Shown: positions 51,258-61,328 of the stretch, piece by piece | Layout of the letters: every line of letters begins with the position of its first letter | Position numbering within the stretch: position 1 is the first letter of the stretch | DNA from: Candidatus Dojkabacteria bacterium | GTDB taxonomy: Bacteria; Patescibacteriota; Dojkabacteria; SC72 | Assembly (NCBI GenBank): GCA_016182915.1 | Contig: JACPFP010000002.1 | Span: 27,188 to 91,187, forward strand | Length of the DNA: 64,000 nt | Reading direction: 5' to 3' | Notes under the pieces: generated by a model | The model's database searches: none | Told to the model about the DNA's origin: nothing | Seen by the model: the letters and a program-made list of their open reading frames with translations, nothing else | Made by a program: the position numbers and the translations under genes

Positions 51258-52247
51258 ATGATTATAGACCTACAAGCCCACTATCAAAAGAGCCAGGTAG
51301 TGGAATACTACGAAACAGTTCAGTCTCCACTCTGTGTAGGTATTGATGACCTTCAGATAGAGCAAAAAGACATTGAATTTCTTGATACCGTAAAGCCTTC
51401 CTGCATAATACTCCTTGGAAATAACATTAGAGATTATACCCAAACCAAGCAGTTAATCGAAGATATTCATAATTATGCTAAGTCAAAGGGAAGTAGGATA
51501 AGGGTATCTGTAGATGAAGAAGGAGGCATAGTCTCAAGATTCAAAAACTTAGAAAAATACCCAAAAGGCTTCACAGGCATGAGAGGATACGATAGCGCTC
51601 AGGCAAAAAAACAAAGCATATTTCTCAAAGAGATTGGCATTGATATGAACCTTGCCCCTGTGGTCGACATAGCATATAAACCAACATCAGCGCTTTCAAT
51701 TAGGTCAGCAGGAAATAGCCCAGCGATAGTTACAAGGACCTCATCAAACTACATTAAAACACTTCGGGAGCACGCGATAGAGAGTACACCCAAACATTTT
51801 CCTGGGCTAGGCAGGACAAGTAGCGATACACATTTTAAAGAAACAACCGTTGAAATCACAAAGGAGGAGTGGCACAAAACAGATGCAGTCCCATATATTG
51901 CGGCTATAGAAGCTGGTGCAGAGAATATTATGCTAGGTCATGTAATATATCCAAAGGTTGATACCTTGCCAGCGACCATCTCTAAAATGTGGGTAGAAAT
52001 ATTAAGAGGGGAATTAGGATTTAAAGGCAGGATAGTTACAGATGATTTGAAAATGTTAGGTTTAGAAAATTTTACAACCTCGTATCATTGCAAGGGAGAT
52101 ATTGTAAAAGGGAAGGAACCAAACCATGCATATGCAATCAAAAACAGCTTAGATGCAGGTATTAATACCCCTCTCATAATACTTTCAGAAGAGGATATGT
52201 TGCGAACATATTATGAATGGATAAGCATTGAAAAGAAGTGTATATAA
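51258..52247 (+). CDS. GH3 beta-N-acetylhexosaminidase (NagZ-like)
   Basis: SVDEEGG, NLAPVVD, KHFPGLG..DTH, IVTDDL. Confidence 0.85.
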   Translation: MIIDLQAHYQKSQVVEYYETVQSPLCVGIDDLQIEQKDIEFLDTVKPSCIILLGNNIRDYTQTKQLIEDIHNYAKSKGSRIRVSVDEEGGIVSRFKNLEKYPKGFTGMRGYDSAQAKKQSIFLKEIGIDMNLAPVVDIAYKPTSALSIRSAGNSPAIVTRTSSNYIKTLREHAIESTPKHFPGLGRTSSDTHFKETTVEITKEEWHKTDAVPYIAAIEAGAENIMLGHVIYPKVDTLPATISKMWVEILRGELGFKGRIVTDDLKMLGLENFTTSYHCKGDIVKGKEPNHAYAIKNSLDAGINTPLIILSEEDMLRTYYEWISIEKKCI

Positions 52248-52284
52248 CAATATAATGAAGGGTCTAAATTAAGAAATTACACTC

Positions 52285-53103
52285 GTGATTAGTATTGAAA
52301 AAGCGATTAAGTTCCCTTTTGCACAGAACGATTGGCAGAAAACCGTAGGGATCTACTTTCTAACTACCCTAGTAATAGCCGTTATAACCTTTATGCTCCA
52401 ATTAGTATTCCAAGTCCCTTCAGATATACTTGAGGCGATTGCCAAAGAAAGCGGAGATCAATCTATATACCTCTTTGCACAAGGAATAGGTGCCTTTTAT
52501 ATTGTGGTTAGTTCTATTGTCTCCATCCTCATATTCCCAGTAACCCTATACCTAAATGGTTACACTTTTGATGTAATAAGGCATATCGTATACGGGAAAG
52601 ATCCTGCGATAACTCCTCATGGTAATTATGCGTTCAGATTGAAACTCGGAGCAGTTAGGATAGTAATAACTACTATTCTCGGTCTATTTGCATTTATCCT
52701 CCTCTTCATCCCGGGATTAACTGGATTGGCTGGAGTTCTTTCATTAGAGTCAATCCCCGTGTTAGGAACGCTCTTAATTGCAATTGCAGGAGTAATCTCC
52801 GTAGCATGGATTCTCTTTTTAGTATTAGGTCTCAAGCTTATGCAATTTGCAATGGAATACCTATACCTCACCAAAGGATTCAAATTTATATTCAACCCGC
52901 CACAACTACTCGCAATTGTCTCTAAGAACATAAAGCCATTCTTAATTCTATACGCTCTGGAAATTCTAGGAACCGTACTTATGAGCTTTATATTCGTAAT
53001 ATGTTGCGTTATCCCAATAATATATCCGGTAATATCAACTATTTTCGCCTTCGCAATATCATACTACTACGGTATGACATATCGAGAAATTAGGGAGCAA
53101 TAG
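52285..53103 (+). CDS. DUF4013-like membrane protein
   Basis: AIKFPF...W.K N-terminus, LNGY..VIR, multiple TMs. Confidence 0.6.
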   Translation: MISIEKAIKFPFAQNDWQKTVGIYFLTTLVIAVITFMLQLVFQVPSDILEAIAKESGDQSIYLFAQGIGAFYIVVSSIVSILIFPVTLYLNGYTFDVIRHIVYGKDPAITPHGNYAFRLKLGAVRIVITTILGLFAFILLFIPGLTGLAGVLSLESIPVLGTLLIAIAGVISVAWILFLVLGLKLMQFAMEYLYLTKGFKFIFNPPQLLAIVSKNIKPFLILYALEILGTVLMSFIFVICCVIPIIYPVISTIFAFAISYYYGMTYREIREQ

Positions 53104-53174
53104 AGGGTTTAACAAAAGACCCATTTTAAGGTATTATTGTTCACGACTTGCGTATAAATTAGATACTACAAGAC

Positions 53175-55988
53175 ATGAGTGATGTAAAAGATGAGATTAT
53201 AAAGAGATCCCTGGAAGAGGTAGTAGAGACCCCACAGACAGATGCCAACCTAACTCCTGAACCTGTCTCTGAAGTACTTCCTGAAGTTGAAACAGATGGA
53301 GATGGAGGTGGAGATGATGATGACCTACTTAACTACACATCAGAATTTAAACCAGGAGAGATAGCAGATAGCTCGATCTCCGATGAGATGAAATCTCGAT
53401 ACCTTGACTACTCCATGTCCGTAATTGTATCCCGTGCCCTTCCTGAAGTTAAAGATGGACTAAAACCATCCCAGAGAAGAATCCTCGTTGCAATGAATGA
53501 CATGAACCTAACCCCAAGTGCCCACTACAGAAAATCTGCAAAAATCGCAGGTGACACATCAGGTAACTACCATCCACACGGTGAAGTGGTTATATATCCA
53601 ACGATGGTAAAGATGGCACAGGATTTCTCAACCAGATACCCGTTAGTAGATGGACAAGGAAACTTCGGATCAATAGACGGGGATCCGGCAGCAGCAATGA
53701 GATACACTGAGGCAAAGATGTCAAAGATCGCCCTTGAACTTCTAAAGGATCTTGAAAAAGGAACCGTCCCTTTCATACTAAACTATGACGGAACAAGATT
53801 AGAACCAACTGTTCTTCCCGCAGCAATACCACAACTTCTAACAAATGGAAGCGATGGTATCGCCGTTGGAATGGCAACAAAGATTCCCCCACACAACCTT
53901 TCTGAGCTTGTAAAAGCCCTTAGAGAAATGATTAAGAAGGGAAACGCATGGAAGGAAAGCGCTATATACGACACCCTAAGAATTGAAAGAGAGAAAGGAG
54001 AACGTATCCCAATGACACTAGATCCAAGACCAGTCGAATACCTTGGAAACTACATAAACAAGTTTGATTTGAACTTCGAAGAGAAAGTTCACCAGCTCAA
54101 AGCCAGACTAAAGGCAGGAGAGCACCTATACCCAGAATTTAAGTCAGAAATAACTCCAGAAGAGTTAATGGATATAGTTCCCGGACCAGATTTCCCAACC
54201 GGTGGAATCATATATGACAGAAACGAGATTTTAAATGCATACTCAACAGGGCGAGGAAGAATACTTCAGAGGGCAAAGGCCTCAATTGAAGAGGGAAGTA
54301 AAGGAAAGTTCCAGATTATAGTCACAGAAATCCCATATCAGGTTAATAAAGCATACCTCATCGAAAAGATTGCTGATCTAGTAAAGGATAAGAAGGTAGA
54401 AGGAATTTCGGATATTAGAGACGAGTCAAACAGAGAAGGAATGAGAGTTGTAATAATCCTTAAAAAGGATGTACAACCTAAAGCTATCCTGAACAAACTC
54501 TACAAGTATACCGAGATGCAAAAGGTATTTAATGCGAATATGATTGCACTTGTTGAACAGGAACCTAAGACTCTCCCACTAAAACAGATGTTAGAGCTCT
54601 TCCTAAGCTTCAGAATATCGGTAGTAATCAGAAGGTTTGAATTTGATCTAGCAGAATCAAGGTATAGAGCACATATACTCGAAGGTCTTCTAAAGGCCCT
54701 TGATATTCTTGATGAGATTATTGCAACAATTCGCGGATCAAAGACACAGGAAGAGGCCAAAACAAATTTGATTGAAAAATATGAATTCACAGAAGTACAA
54801 GCACAGGCCATTCTCGAGATGCAGTTGCGAAAACTTGCAGCTCTTGAAAGAGAGAAACTTCAGAATGAATTCAAAGAACTGACGGAGAAGATTAAGGAAT
54901 ATATAGCAACCCTTGCAGATCCAAGCATGATATTAAAAGTAATTGATGGTGAACTCGCAGAGGTACTTGAGAAGCATGGTGATGCAAGAAGAAGTAAAGT
55001 GATAAAAGGAAAGGTTGATGAGATTTCGGAAGAGGATATGGTAGCTTCAGAAGATACACTAGTAACCCTAAGCCACTCCGGATATATAAAAAGAATCCCT
55101 CCAGATACATACAGAACTCAGAATAGAGGCGGGAAGGGTGTAACAGGAGCTACAACTAAAGAAGATGACTGGATTTCCCATGCAATACTATGTAATACAC
55201 ATGATGACCTAATGTTCTTCAGCAATAAGGGAAGAGTGTTCAGGATTAGAGCCTTTGAAATTCCTGAATATGGAAGAACAGCAAAGGGAATTCCAATTGT
55301 TAACCTCATTACCCTTGAACAGGGAGAATTAGTAACAAGTGTTTTGAATATGAGCAGAGGAACAGACGAGAAGGGGGCCAAGTATATGTATCTCTTCATG
55401 GCAACTCGAAAAGGAACGGTTAAGAAGACTGATATAAGTGACTTCGATAAGATTAGAGCCACGGGATTGATCGCCGCAAAACTTGAAGGGAATGATGAGT
55501 TGCTAACAGTTGAACCGACCTCAGGTGAGCATGACATAATCCTTGTTACAAAGGAAGGAAAGAATATCAGATTTAAGGAAGAAGATGTACGACCAACAGG
55601 TAGGAACACAATGGGAGTAAGAGGGATTAAGTTTGCAAAGGAGAATGATGAGGTAATATCAATGGAAGCTCTATCTTCGGATGAAGGCACTCTTCTCACA
55701 ATTTCAGAATTTGGATTCGGTAAGAAGAGCAAACTGTCAGGATATGCAACACAGGGGAGGGGAGGATCAGGAGTATTCACCTTCAGAGTTAACGGGAAAA
55801 CTGGAAAGCTGGTTGTAGCTAAAGTAATTGGAAATACTGCGGAGAGTGACATTGTTCTAATATCTGAGAAGGGAGTAATTATAAGAACTCAAACCAAAGA
55901 TCTTCCAACCCTTGGAAGACAGACATCTGGTGTTAAAGTCATGAACGTCGGTAAAGAGGATAAGGTGTCGGCAATGGCTGTAATCTAG
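53175..55988 (+). CDS. gyrA: DNA gyrase subunit A
   Basis: [33 protein letters not shown] (catalytic Tyr), GyrA-box QNRGGKG, beta-pinwheel repeats. Confidence 0.96.
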   Translation: MSDVKDEIIKRSLEEVVETPQTDANLTPEPVSEVLPEVETDGDGGGDDDDLLNYTSEFKPGEIADSSISDEMKSRYLDYSMSVIVSRALPEVKDGLKPSQRRILVAMNDMNLTPSAHYRKSAKIAGDTSGNYHPHGEVVIYPTMVKMAQDFSTRYPLVDGQGNFGSIDGDPAAAMRYTEAKMSKIALELLKDLEKGTVPFILNYDGTRLEPTVLPAAIPQLLTNGSDGIAVGMATKIPPHNLSELVKALREMIKKGNAWKESAIYDTLRIEREKGERIPMTLDPRPVEYLGNYINKFDLNFEEKVHQLKARLKAGEHLYPEFKSEITPEELMDIVPGPDFPTGGIIYDRNEILNAYSTGRGRILQRAKASIEEGSKGKFQIIVTEIPYQVNKAYLIEKIADLVKDKKVEGISDIRDESNREGMRVVIILKKDVQPKAILNKLYKYTEMQKVFNANMIALVEQEPKTLPLKQMLELFLSFRISVVIRRFEFDLAESRYRAHILEGLLKALDILDEIIATIRGSKTQEEAKTNLIEKYEFTEVQAQAILEMQLRKLAALEREKLQNEFKELTEKIKEYIATLADPSMILKVIDGELAEVLEKHGDARRSKVIKGKVDEISEEDMVASEDTLVTLSHSGYIKRIPPDTYRTQNRGGKGVTGATTKEDDWISHAILCNTHDDLMFFSNKGRVFRIRAFEIPEYGRTAKGIPIVNLITLEQGELVTSVLNMSRGTDEKGAKYMYLFMATRKGTVKKTDISDFDKIRATGLIAAKLEGNDELLTVEPTSGEHDIILVTKEGKNIRFKEEDVRPTGRNTMGVRGIKFAKENDEVISMEALSSDEGTLLTISEFGFGKKSKLSGYATQGRGGSGVFTFRVNGKTGKLVVAKVIGNTAESDIVLISEKGVIIRTQTKDLPTLGRQTSGVKVMNVGKEDKVSAMAVI

Positions 55989-56019
55989 AACCTGGTTATA
56001 CAAATTTATAAAAAAATAT

Positions 56020-56628
56020 ATGCATACAAAGTACATTAATAGATTGAATACAAGTAAAAAGGTATTAGGAATACTAACCCTTAGTGACTTCAGTACCTGG
56101 TCCAGTGCAAACTTAACTGCGGTAATATTCACCCTTTTCGCTTTAGATCAGATCCAAGGGGCAACGATTACAGATGTAGGTTTCTCTTCATTGGTTTTTC
56201 TTGCGGTAAGTGCGGTTCTTAATATTCCTCTAGGTAGGTTGCTAGACAAAACTAATGGTTTTTTGGATGAGAACTATGTACTAGTTGCTTCATCTGTTGT
56301 ACGTGGAGTTGCCTTAATCCTTCTTGCATACTCAACCGCTATCTGGCAATTATATCTTCTTCAAGCAATTCTAGGGGTTGCGAGGTCAATGAACTATGTA
56401 TCATGGAGAGTTCTGTTTAGTAAATTCTTGGATCCTAAGCATGTTGGAGAGCAGTGGAGTATATATGATTCAATCATTGCAATTGGTTTGGGCTTTGCCG
56501 CTCTAATTGGTGGATACATTGGCGACCATTTCCCATTCTCATATGTCATATTTATAGCAGGTGTGGTAACGGTAATTGGTGGAATATTCCCCCTTTTCAT
56601 TCATAAAGAGATTAAAGAGACTCTTTGA
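56020..56628 (+). CDS. Half-size (6-TM) MFS-like transporter
   Basis: PLGRLLDK (MFS motif A), WQLYLLQAILG, ALIGGYI; only 202 aa. Confidence 0.75.
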   Translation: MHTKYINRLNTSKKVLGILTLSDFSTWSSANLTAVIFTLFALDQIQGATITDVGFSSLVFLAVSAVLNIPLGRLLDKTNGFLDENYVLVASSVVRGVALILLAYSTAIWQLYLLQAILGVARSMNYVSWRVLFSKFLDPKHVGEQWSIYDSIIAIGLGFAALIGGYIGDHFPFSYVIFIAGVVTVIGGIFPLFIHKEIKETL

Positions 56629-56662
56629 CCCTGATTCAATTTTCAATACTGTATAATGTAGT

Positions 56663-57544
56663 ATGAAATCCAAGAGATTAAAAACAGTCTTAATTCTGCT
56701 ACTCATCTTTCTTCTCGGATACTTTGCCGTAGACTTTCTTCCAACGAAAAAGGGATCAGAAAGCAATCTAAGTGAGAATACAGTTGTAGTTGGGGAAACG
56801 AAAGATTCAGGATTAAATGAGACAAAGCCCCTTCCAAAACCAAACTCGTTGGAGGAATATAATAAGGTAGAGGAACCTGCTGTTGAGAAACCTTCAGATA
56901 CAACAACAACCCCTGCAAAAGATAAATGGTGGGCATATCCGAAAGAAATTAAAGAGACCACAAGGTCTGGAGATGACTTGTTAGTTCTTGTAAATAAGGA
57001 GTACAAACTACCGTCAACCTATGCTCCAAAAGATCTGGTATATGCAAATACAAGTGGTATTAGGGTAACAACAGTCAAGAGCTACATGTTAAGGAGTATC
57101 GTAATTAATGATCTTAAGGCTCTTAATGATGATGCGAAGTTAGCAGGATTAGACCTAAGTGTAATCTCAGGATATCGTTCATACAGTACCCAAGCGAGTA
57201 CATACCAGTATTGGGTAAACTATAATGGGGGAAATGCCGATGTGGTAGATCAGATATCAGCAAGACCAGGACATAGTCAACATCAGTTAGGTACAGCAAT
57301 GGATTTTAGTAGTAGTGAGATTGGGGATAGATTAGGTAGTGAGTTTGATAATACAAAGGCAGGGGAGTGGTTAGCAGAGAACGCATGGAAATATGGTTTT
57401 GTTATCTCATATCCTAAAGGATTTGAAAGGGTAACGGGATATGATTATGAGAGTTGGCACTATAGATATATAGGAAGAGAGAATGCCAAAGAAATGAAGG
57501 ATAGTGGGGAGATATTGGAGGTGTGGTTGAGAGGGAAGAACTAA
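56663..57544 (+). CDS. Zn D-Ala-D-Ala carboxypeptidase (M15B, VanY-like)
   Basis: LVNK, SGYRSY, SARPGHSQHQLGTAMD, WLAENAWKYGF, YESWHYRYIG; N-terminal TM. Confidence 0.92.
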   Translation: MKSKRLKTVLILLLIFLLGYFAVDFLPTKKGSESNLSENTVVVGETKDSGLNETKPLPKPNSLEEYNKVEEPAVEKPSDTTTTPAKDKWWAYPKEIKETTRSGDDLLVLVNKEYKLPSTYAPKDLVYANTSGIRVTTVKSYMLRSIVINDLKALNDDAKLAGLDLSVISGYRSYSTQASTYQYWVNYNGGNADVVDQISARPGHSQHQLGTAMDFSSSEIGDRLGSEFDNTKAGEWLAENAWKYGFVISYPKGFERVTGYDYESWHYRYIGRENAKEMKDSGEILEVWLRGKN

Positions 57545-58036
57545 CGGATAGTTTTATTTTTCCCATCAGAAGCTATTAGTTATAACTGTCCGATATTATC
57601 GGACACTTCATAATATCCTTCTATTTTAAGTTTCCTTTTCAAGTCATTCCAATACTTTCTAGGTCTTTCAGTTTGAGTTAATGCTTGAATAATATCGATG
57701 ATCGAAAACCACCACTCATTCCTATATATGGTCTTACGTATCTCCCTACCTTTAAATATTGCTATCTTTGTTGATTCCATTAAAAAGGCGTTGTTCATAT
57801 TAGATACCTACATTCTATCAGAATATTATGAATGATATGTGAATGAACGGATATGGTAGGGGGGAAGTTTGAAGAGGACAGAGGAATGGAAATACGCTTT
57901 TGTTATCTCATATCCAAAAAGTTTTGAAAGGGTAACAAGGTATGATTGTGAGAGTTGGCACCCTAGATATATAGGTAGAGAGAATGCGAAAGAGATGAAG
58001 GAGAGTGGGGGGATATTGGAGGTGTGGTTGAGAGGG
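57386..58036 (+). repeat. 150-bp imperfect direct repeat (57386-57535 vs 57887-58036)
   Basis: Manual ungapped alignment: 16 mismatches in 150 nt, offset 501 nt. Confidence 0.92.
57580..57798 (-). pseudogene. Truncated Bro-N / phage antirepressor-like fragment
   Basis: IAIFKGREIRK...EWWFSIIDII..LT...PRKYWNDLKRKL, ending after 72 aa. Confidence 0.7.
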
Positions 58037-58051
58037 TATGTTATAATCTAA
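57869..58051 (+). pseudogene. Orphan 3' fragment of the DD-carboxypeptidase gene
   Basis: WKYAFVISYPK...ESWHPRYIGRENAKEM matches the C-terminus of 56663..57544. Confidence 0.85.
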
Positions 58052-58077
58052 GCAGAAATACTTAATTAAAGTCATTT

Positions 58078-59115
58078 ATGTCAGTACTTTCAGGCCTTAG
58101 TATCGATGACAACAAGATACAACAGCACATACTGCACTCTGAAGAAAACCCTATTAAACCCATAGCAATAATTGATAGTAACTTAGAGCCTCTTAGAAAG
58201 GGAGAACAAGATATGACTAGTATCTTTTATCAAACGGTCGAGGATATAGTAAAGTTCGCAAAATCCTACGACAATGAAGAGTTTACAGGACAAGATTATG
58301 AAGACTTTAACCAGATTGCAAGATCAACAATCGAAAATGATTTTAAAATAGACTTCGATGAAGAAGTCAGAGTAGCAAGACAGGGTATGGCTCGATTAAT
58401 CAACCAATTAAATATTCCAATAGATCTAAAGCGTGTATTAGCAATATCTCTTGACTCGGCAGCTTTTGATACAGATTCAAACGTAATAACAATGCAACCC
58501 ACAAATGAAGACTTTTTCAGGAGAATAAACCTTTCCCCTGCAGTAATTTTTGCTGAAGCTAACATATTGGCAAGATCTACGAAGCAAGAACTCTCACCCC
58601 AAATGATTCGTACTCTAATTCATCAGTCAGCTGCTCACGAGTTAGGCCATTTAATCGACCACACAGTAAGTTACCGACAGGGTTTTCAAAACTCCTCAGC
58701 CTCAGTACATCAAATTGCGCATATTGATTGGGATTACCCAATTGACTATCAGAATGAAGGCAATGTTCTTAATCCTTTAAAGGAGATTATTATCGCAGAG
58801 CGTTTCGCAGGATTTTTCGCTAAAGAGCTCATTGCTGGATTACCAGATAGCTCTGCATTCTTAAATGATGCAGCAAGAGTTAAAATCGGATTTGGACATA
58901 TAAAGCAGTTGCACATTGAAGACTTAGTATTTACGATATATGCAGCGATGGCACAGTTGGAGGAGAACTCCAGAGGAGTAAAAGTTCTAGTTCATACTAT
59001 AATGGACATGGTAATATGTAATAATTCATTGGCAGAAATATTCAGCTTTAAGCAAGATGAAGTTGAAAAGATATTAATTCAAGAGTATGAAAAAGAGCTC
59101 CTAAATGAGAAATAA
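58078..59115 (+). CDS. Hypothetical protein with HExxH zincin-like motif
   Basis: AAHELGHLIDH...IAERFA. Confidence 0.6.
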   Translation: MSVLSGLSIDDNKIQQHILHSEENPIKPIAIIDSNLEPLRKGEQDMTSIFYQTVEDIVKFAKSYDNEEFTGQDYEDFNQIARSTIENDFKIDFDEEVRVARQGMARLINQLNIPIDLKRVLAISLDSAAFDTDSNVITMQPTNEDFFRRINLSPAVIFAEANILARSTKQELSPQMIRTLIHQSAAHELGHLIDHTVSYRQGFQNSSASVHQIAHIDWDYPIDYQNEGNVLNPLKEIIIAERFAGFFAKELIAGLPDSSAFLNDAARVKIGFGHIKQLHIEDLVFTIYAAMAQLEENSRGVKVLVHTIMDMVICNNSLAEIFSFKQDEVEKILIQEYEKELLNEK

Positions 59116-59794
59116 ACTCTTCAAAAAAATAGGCTCTTTATACATCACAATAGGATTATTCCTTATAGTAGGGGCGATTGGACTGATTGCTTATCCGCAA
59201 GCACCCTTTATTATGTCCTTTCTATCAATTAACTCTCCGGAAATTGAAGTAAGTTCATTAACGGTCGAAGCTGCAGATTTCGAGATAACACCAACTAATA
59301 CTGAGCCACCACCCCGAGGACCTCAACTACCACCAGTATTGCCACAAGTACAGACCAAACAAAAAACACTAGAAATTCCCTCAATAGGAATTATTTCACC
59401 AATAGATAGTAATACAAACGCAGAAGTTTCATTAAAACAAGGAACTTGGATAGTACCAAGTTTTTCAAAACCCGACGAAAAGTTTCTGAACCCAAGCAAA
59501 CCTCCTGTAATTCTTGCCGCCCATAGATTTGGATATTCAGACTGGTCAATAGAGAAAAGAGGCAGGATTTCATTCTACAACCTACCATCATTGGAAAAAG
59601 GCGATAAGGTAAATATCCTCTGGGAGGGAAGAAAGTACACATATAAGGTCACGGACGGAGATGAGAATAAATTCATCAAGAAAGGGAACTTTGATTTGGT
59701 ACTTTATACGTGTAAGCTTTACAATTCTCCCCTTCGAATTTTTAGGTATGCCAAGCTTATTTCTATAAATGAAATACGGGTTGAGTTGCTTTAG
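59105..59794 (+). CDS. Sortase
   Basis: N-terminal TM, LEIPSIGI, VILAAHRFG, FYNLPSLEKGD, LYTC...LRI. Confidence 0.85.
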   Translation: MRNKLFKKIGSLYITIGLFLIVGAIGLIAYPQAPFIMSFLSINSPEIEVSSLTVEAADFEITPTNTEPPPRGPQLPPVLPQVQTKQKTLEIPSIGIISPIDSNTNAEVSLKQGTWIVPSFSKPDEKFLNPSKPPVILAAHRFGYSDWSIEKRGRISFYNLPSLEKGDKVNILWEGRKYTYKVTDGDENKFIKKGNFDLVLYTCKLYNSPLRIFRYAKLISINEIRVELL

Positions 59795-59860
59795 ACTAAT
59801 TAAGATATGATTAAAAGATCTACATAGACTCCCTCAAACTTCATGTGATATTATTTGTCA

Positions 59861-60310
59861 ATGAATAAATTACCCACAGACTTTGAAATAATCCCACACA
59901 ATTATGAGACTGGGAGTAAGCCAATTCCAGGATCTTTGCTAAATGTTTGGGAAAGTGTTGAACCAGAAGTCAGAAATGATATGAAAATCCTAGCCTATGA
60001 AGAAGATGACGTACAGGAAATTCGATTTTCTTCTCCCAATATTATTGCCTGCCCAAATTCAGAAGAGGGGATTGAAAAAGTCCTGAAAGAGGGTAAAGTC
60101 GGTAGAGAAAAGATGTTTGAACAGCTCAGTATTACCGATAATAGATTCCTCCAGCTAGCATTTTATATCTACAACGAGCACTGCCACCTCCTTCAGTTTA
60201 AGAGAGGGAAATTAAAACCATTTCAACCGAACTTTGAAGTTAAAGAACTAGAGAAAGAAGCTGATGAATATGCGTACAAAAAAATAGCCGCAATGCAACA
60301 AAAGTCATAA
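59861..60310 (+). CDS. Hypothetical protein (degenerate zincin-like)
   Basis: YNEHCHLLQ...LEKEADEYA. Confidence 0.55.
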   Translation: MNKLPTDFEIIPHNYETGSKPIPGSLLNVWESVEPEVRNDMKILAYEEDDVQEIRFSSPNIIACPNSEEGIEKVLKEGKVGREKMFEQLSITDNRFLQLAFYIYNEHCHLLQFKRGKLKPFQPNFEVKELEKEADEYAYKKIAAMQQKS

Positions 60311-60357
60311 ACACTACACAATTTCTTAGCTTTTCACCATTTATCTAGGTCATAAGC

Positions 60358-60386
60358 TTGTATCTTCTCCTATCTTATAGTATAAT
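60358..60386 (+). promoter_or_regulatory. Sigma70-type promoter
   Basis: TTGTAT-17 nt-TATAAT upstream of 60422. Confidence 0.6.
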
Positions 60387-60421
60387 TCTCCCATAGTTTT
60401 TAACTGCTAAATAAGAAGATT

Positions 60422-60637
60422 ATGAAAAACTTTGGAACAAAATTAACAATTGCAATAGCACTCTTAGTGTCTAACGCTACTTCTGCATTTGCAGATGGAT
60501 ATGGTCACGTTCCTGTTGATACCGCATTCGAGCTAGATGGTAAAACCATCTCAGCAATCCTTTCTATAGCATTGTTCTTTATTGGAGCAATCTTTGTAGT
60601 AGAAGGGGTCTTTTTCAAAAACGCTTCAAAAGTATAA
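60422..60637 (+). CDS. Small secreted protein with C-terminal membrane anchor
   Basis: Signal peptide ending AFA|D, short linker GYGHVPVDTA, TM helix, basic tail. Confidence 0.7.
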   Translation: MKNFGTKLTIAIALLVSNATSAFADGYGHVPVDTAFELDGKTISAILSIALFFIGAIFVVEGVFFKNASKV

Positions 60638-60681
60638 CAAATATTGTTATCTAGATTACCTTTTTTCATTCCTAGTTTTTT

Positions 60682-60878
60682 TGCTCATTAAAAATATATA
60701 CTAGTACAGGGAGTAATCAGGTAATGATTTTAATCGTTGCTTGATTATCTCCTTGGATTATATTCTCCTTATTCTTTACATTTGCTTACACGATAAACAA
60801 GTATCTAATACAATATTTGGATATTAGTTTGTCGTGTAAGTTAAAATATATATGAAAGAAAACTAGGAGAATTGTAAT
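60682..60878 (+). promoter_or_regulatory. boxA-like motif and structured leader that can sequester the Shine-Dalgarno sequence
   Basis: TGCTCATTAAAA (60682-60693); stems 60707-60755 and 60785-60840; TTCTCCT (60763-60769) complementary to AGGAGAA (60865-60871). Confidence 0.55.
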
Positions 60879-61232
60879 ATGGACAAGTATAGAATAAGTT
60901 TGCTTTTAACTGGAGCTGGGGCTTTTTCAATTCATATGATAGAGGTCTGGTACGGACCAATGGGAATAGATCTAGTCCTATTGGCAATGCTCACCTCGAT
61001 GGTAGCGACGTTTGTTGCGGCATGGATGTCATTCCGAAAGGGGCTTTGGGAAGTAGGATTCTTCATGATGGCAGCGATGTTAACATCACTGGCGCTACCG
61101 ATGACCTATGTGGTAATGAATATGGAAATTTCCTCCTTCACCAAATTTGCAACATATCTCATTTGGAGCGCAATTCCACTTGTCATCATGGTCGTTGGAC
61201 TTGTCACCAACCGAGGAGATAACAAAAATTAG
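60879..61232 (+). CDS. Small four-TM membrane protein
   Basis: 117 aa, four hydrophobic segments, AGGAG 9 nt before the ATG. Confidence 0.7.
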   Translation: MDKYRISLLLTGAGAFSIHMIEVWYGPMGIDLVLLAMLTSMVATFVAAWMSFRKGLWEVGFFMMAAMLTSLALPMTYVVMNMEISSFTKFATYLIWSAIPLVIMVVGLVTNRGDNKN

Positions 61233-61289
61233 TGCATAGCTAAACCTTGCACTAACAGGTGCTCTTAAAAATCAATTTAGGAGCACCTG
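61229..61289 (+). other. Tandem 3' hairpins
   Basis: TTAGTGCA...TGCACTAA followed by CAGGTGCTCTTAAA...TTTAGGAGCACCTG. Confidence 0.65.
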
Positions 61290-61328
61290 GTTATCTCATG
61301 TACTAGTACTAGATAGTAACCTATAGCG

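Noticed and set aside
53937-54143. Intein in GyrA
   Set aside because: The insert is too short and lacks the N-terminal Cys/Ser and C-terminal His-Asn splice motifs.
57386-58036. Diversity-generating retroelement TR/VR pair
   Set aside because: Mismatches involve all bases rather than only template adenines, many are synonymous, and no reverse transcriptase is in the window.
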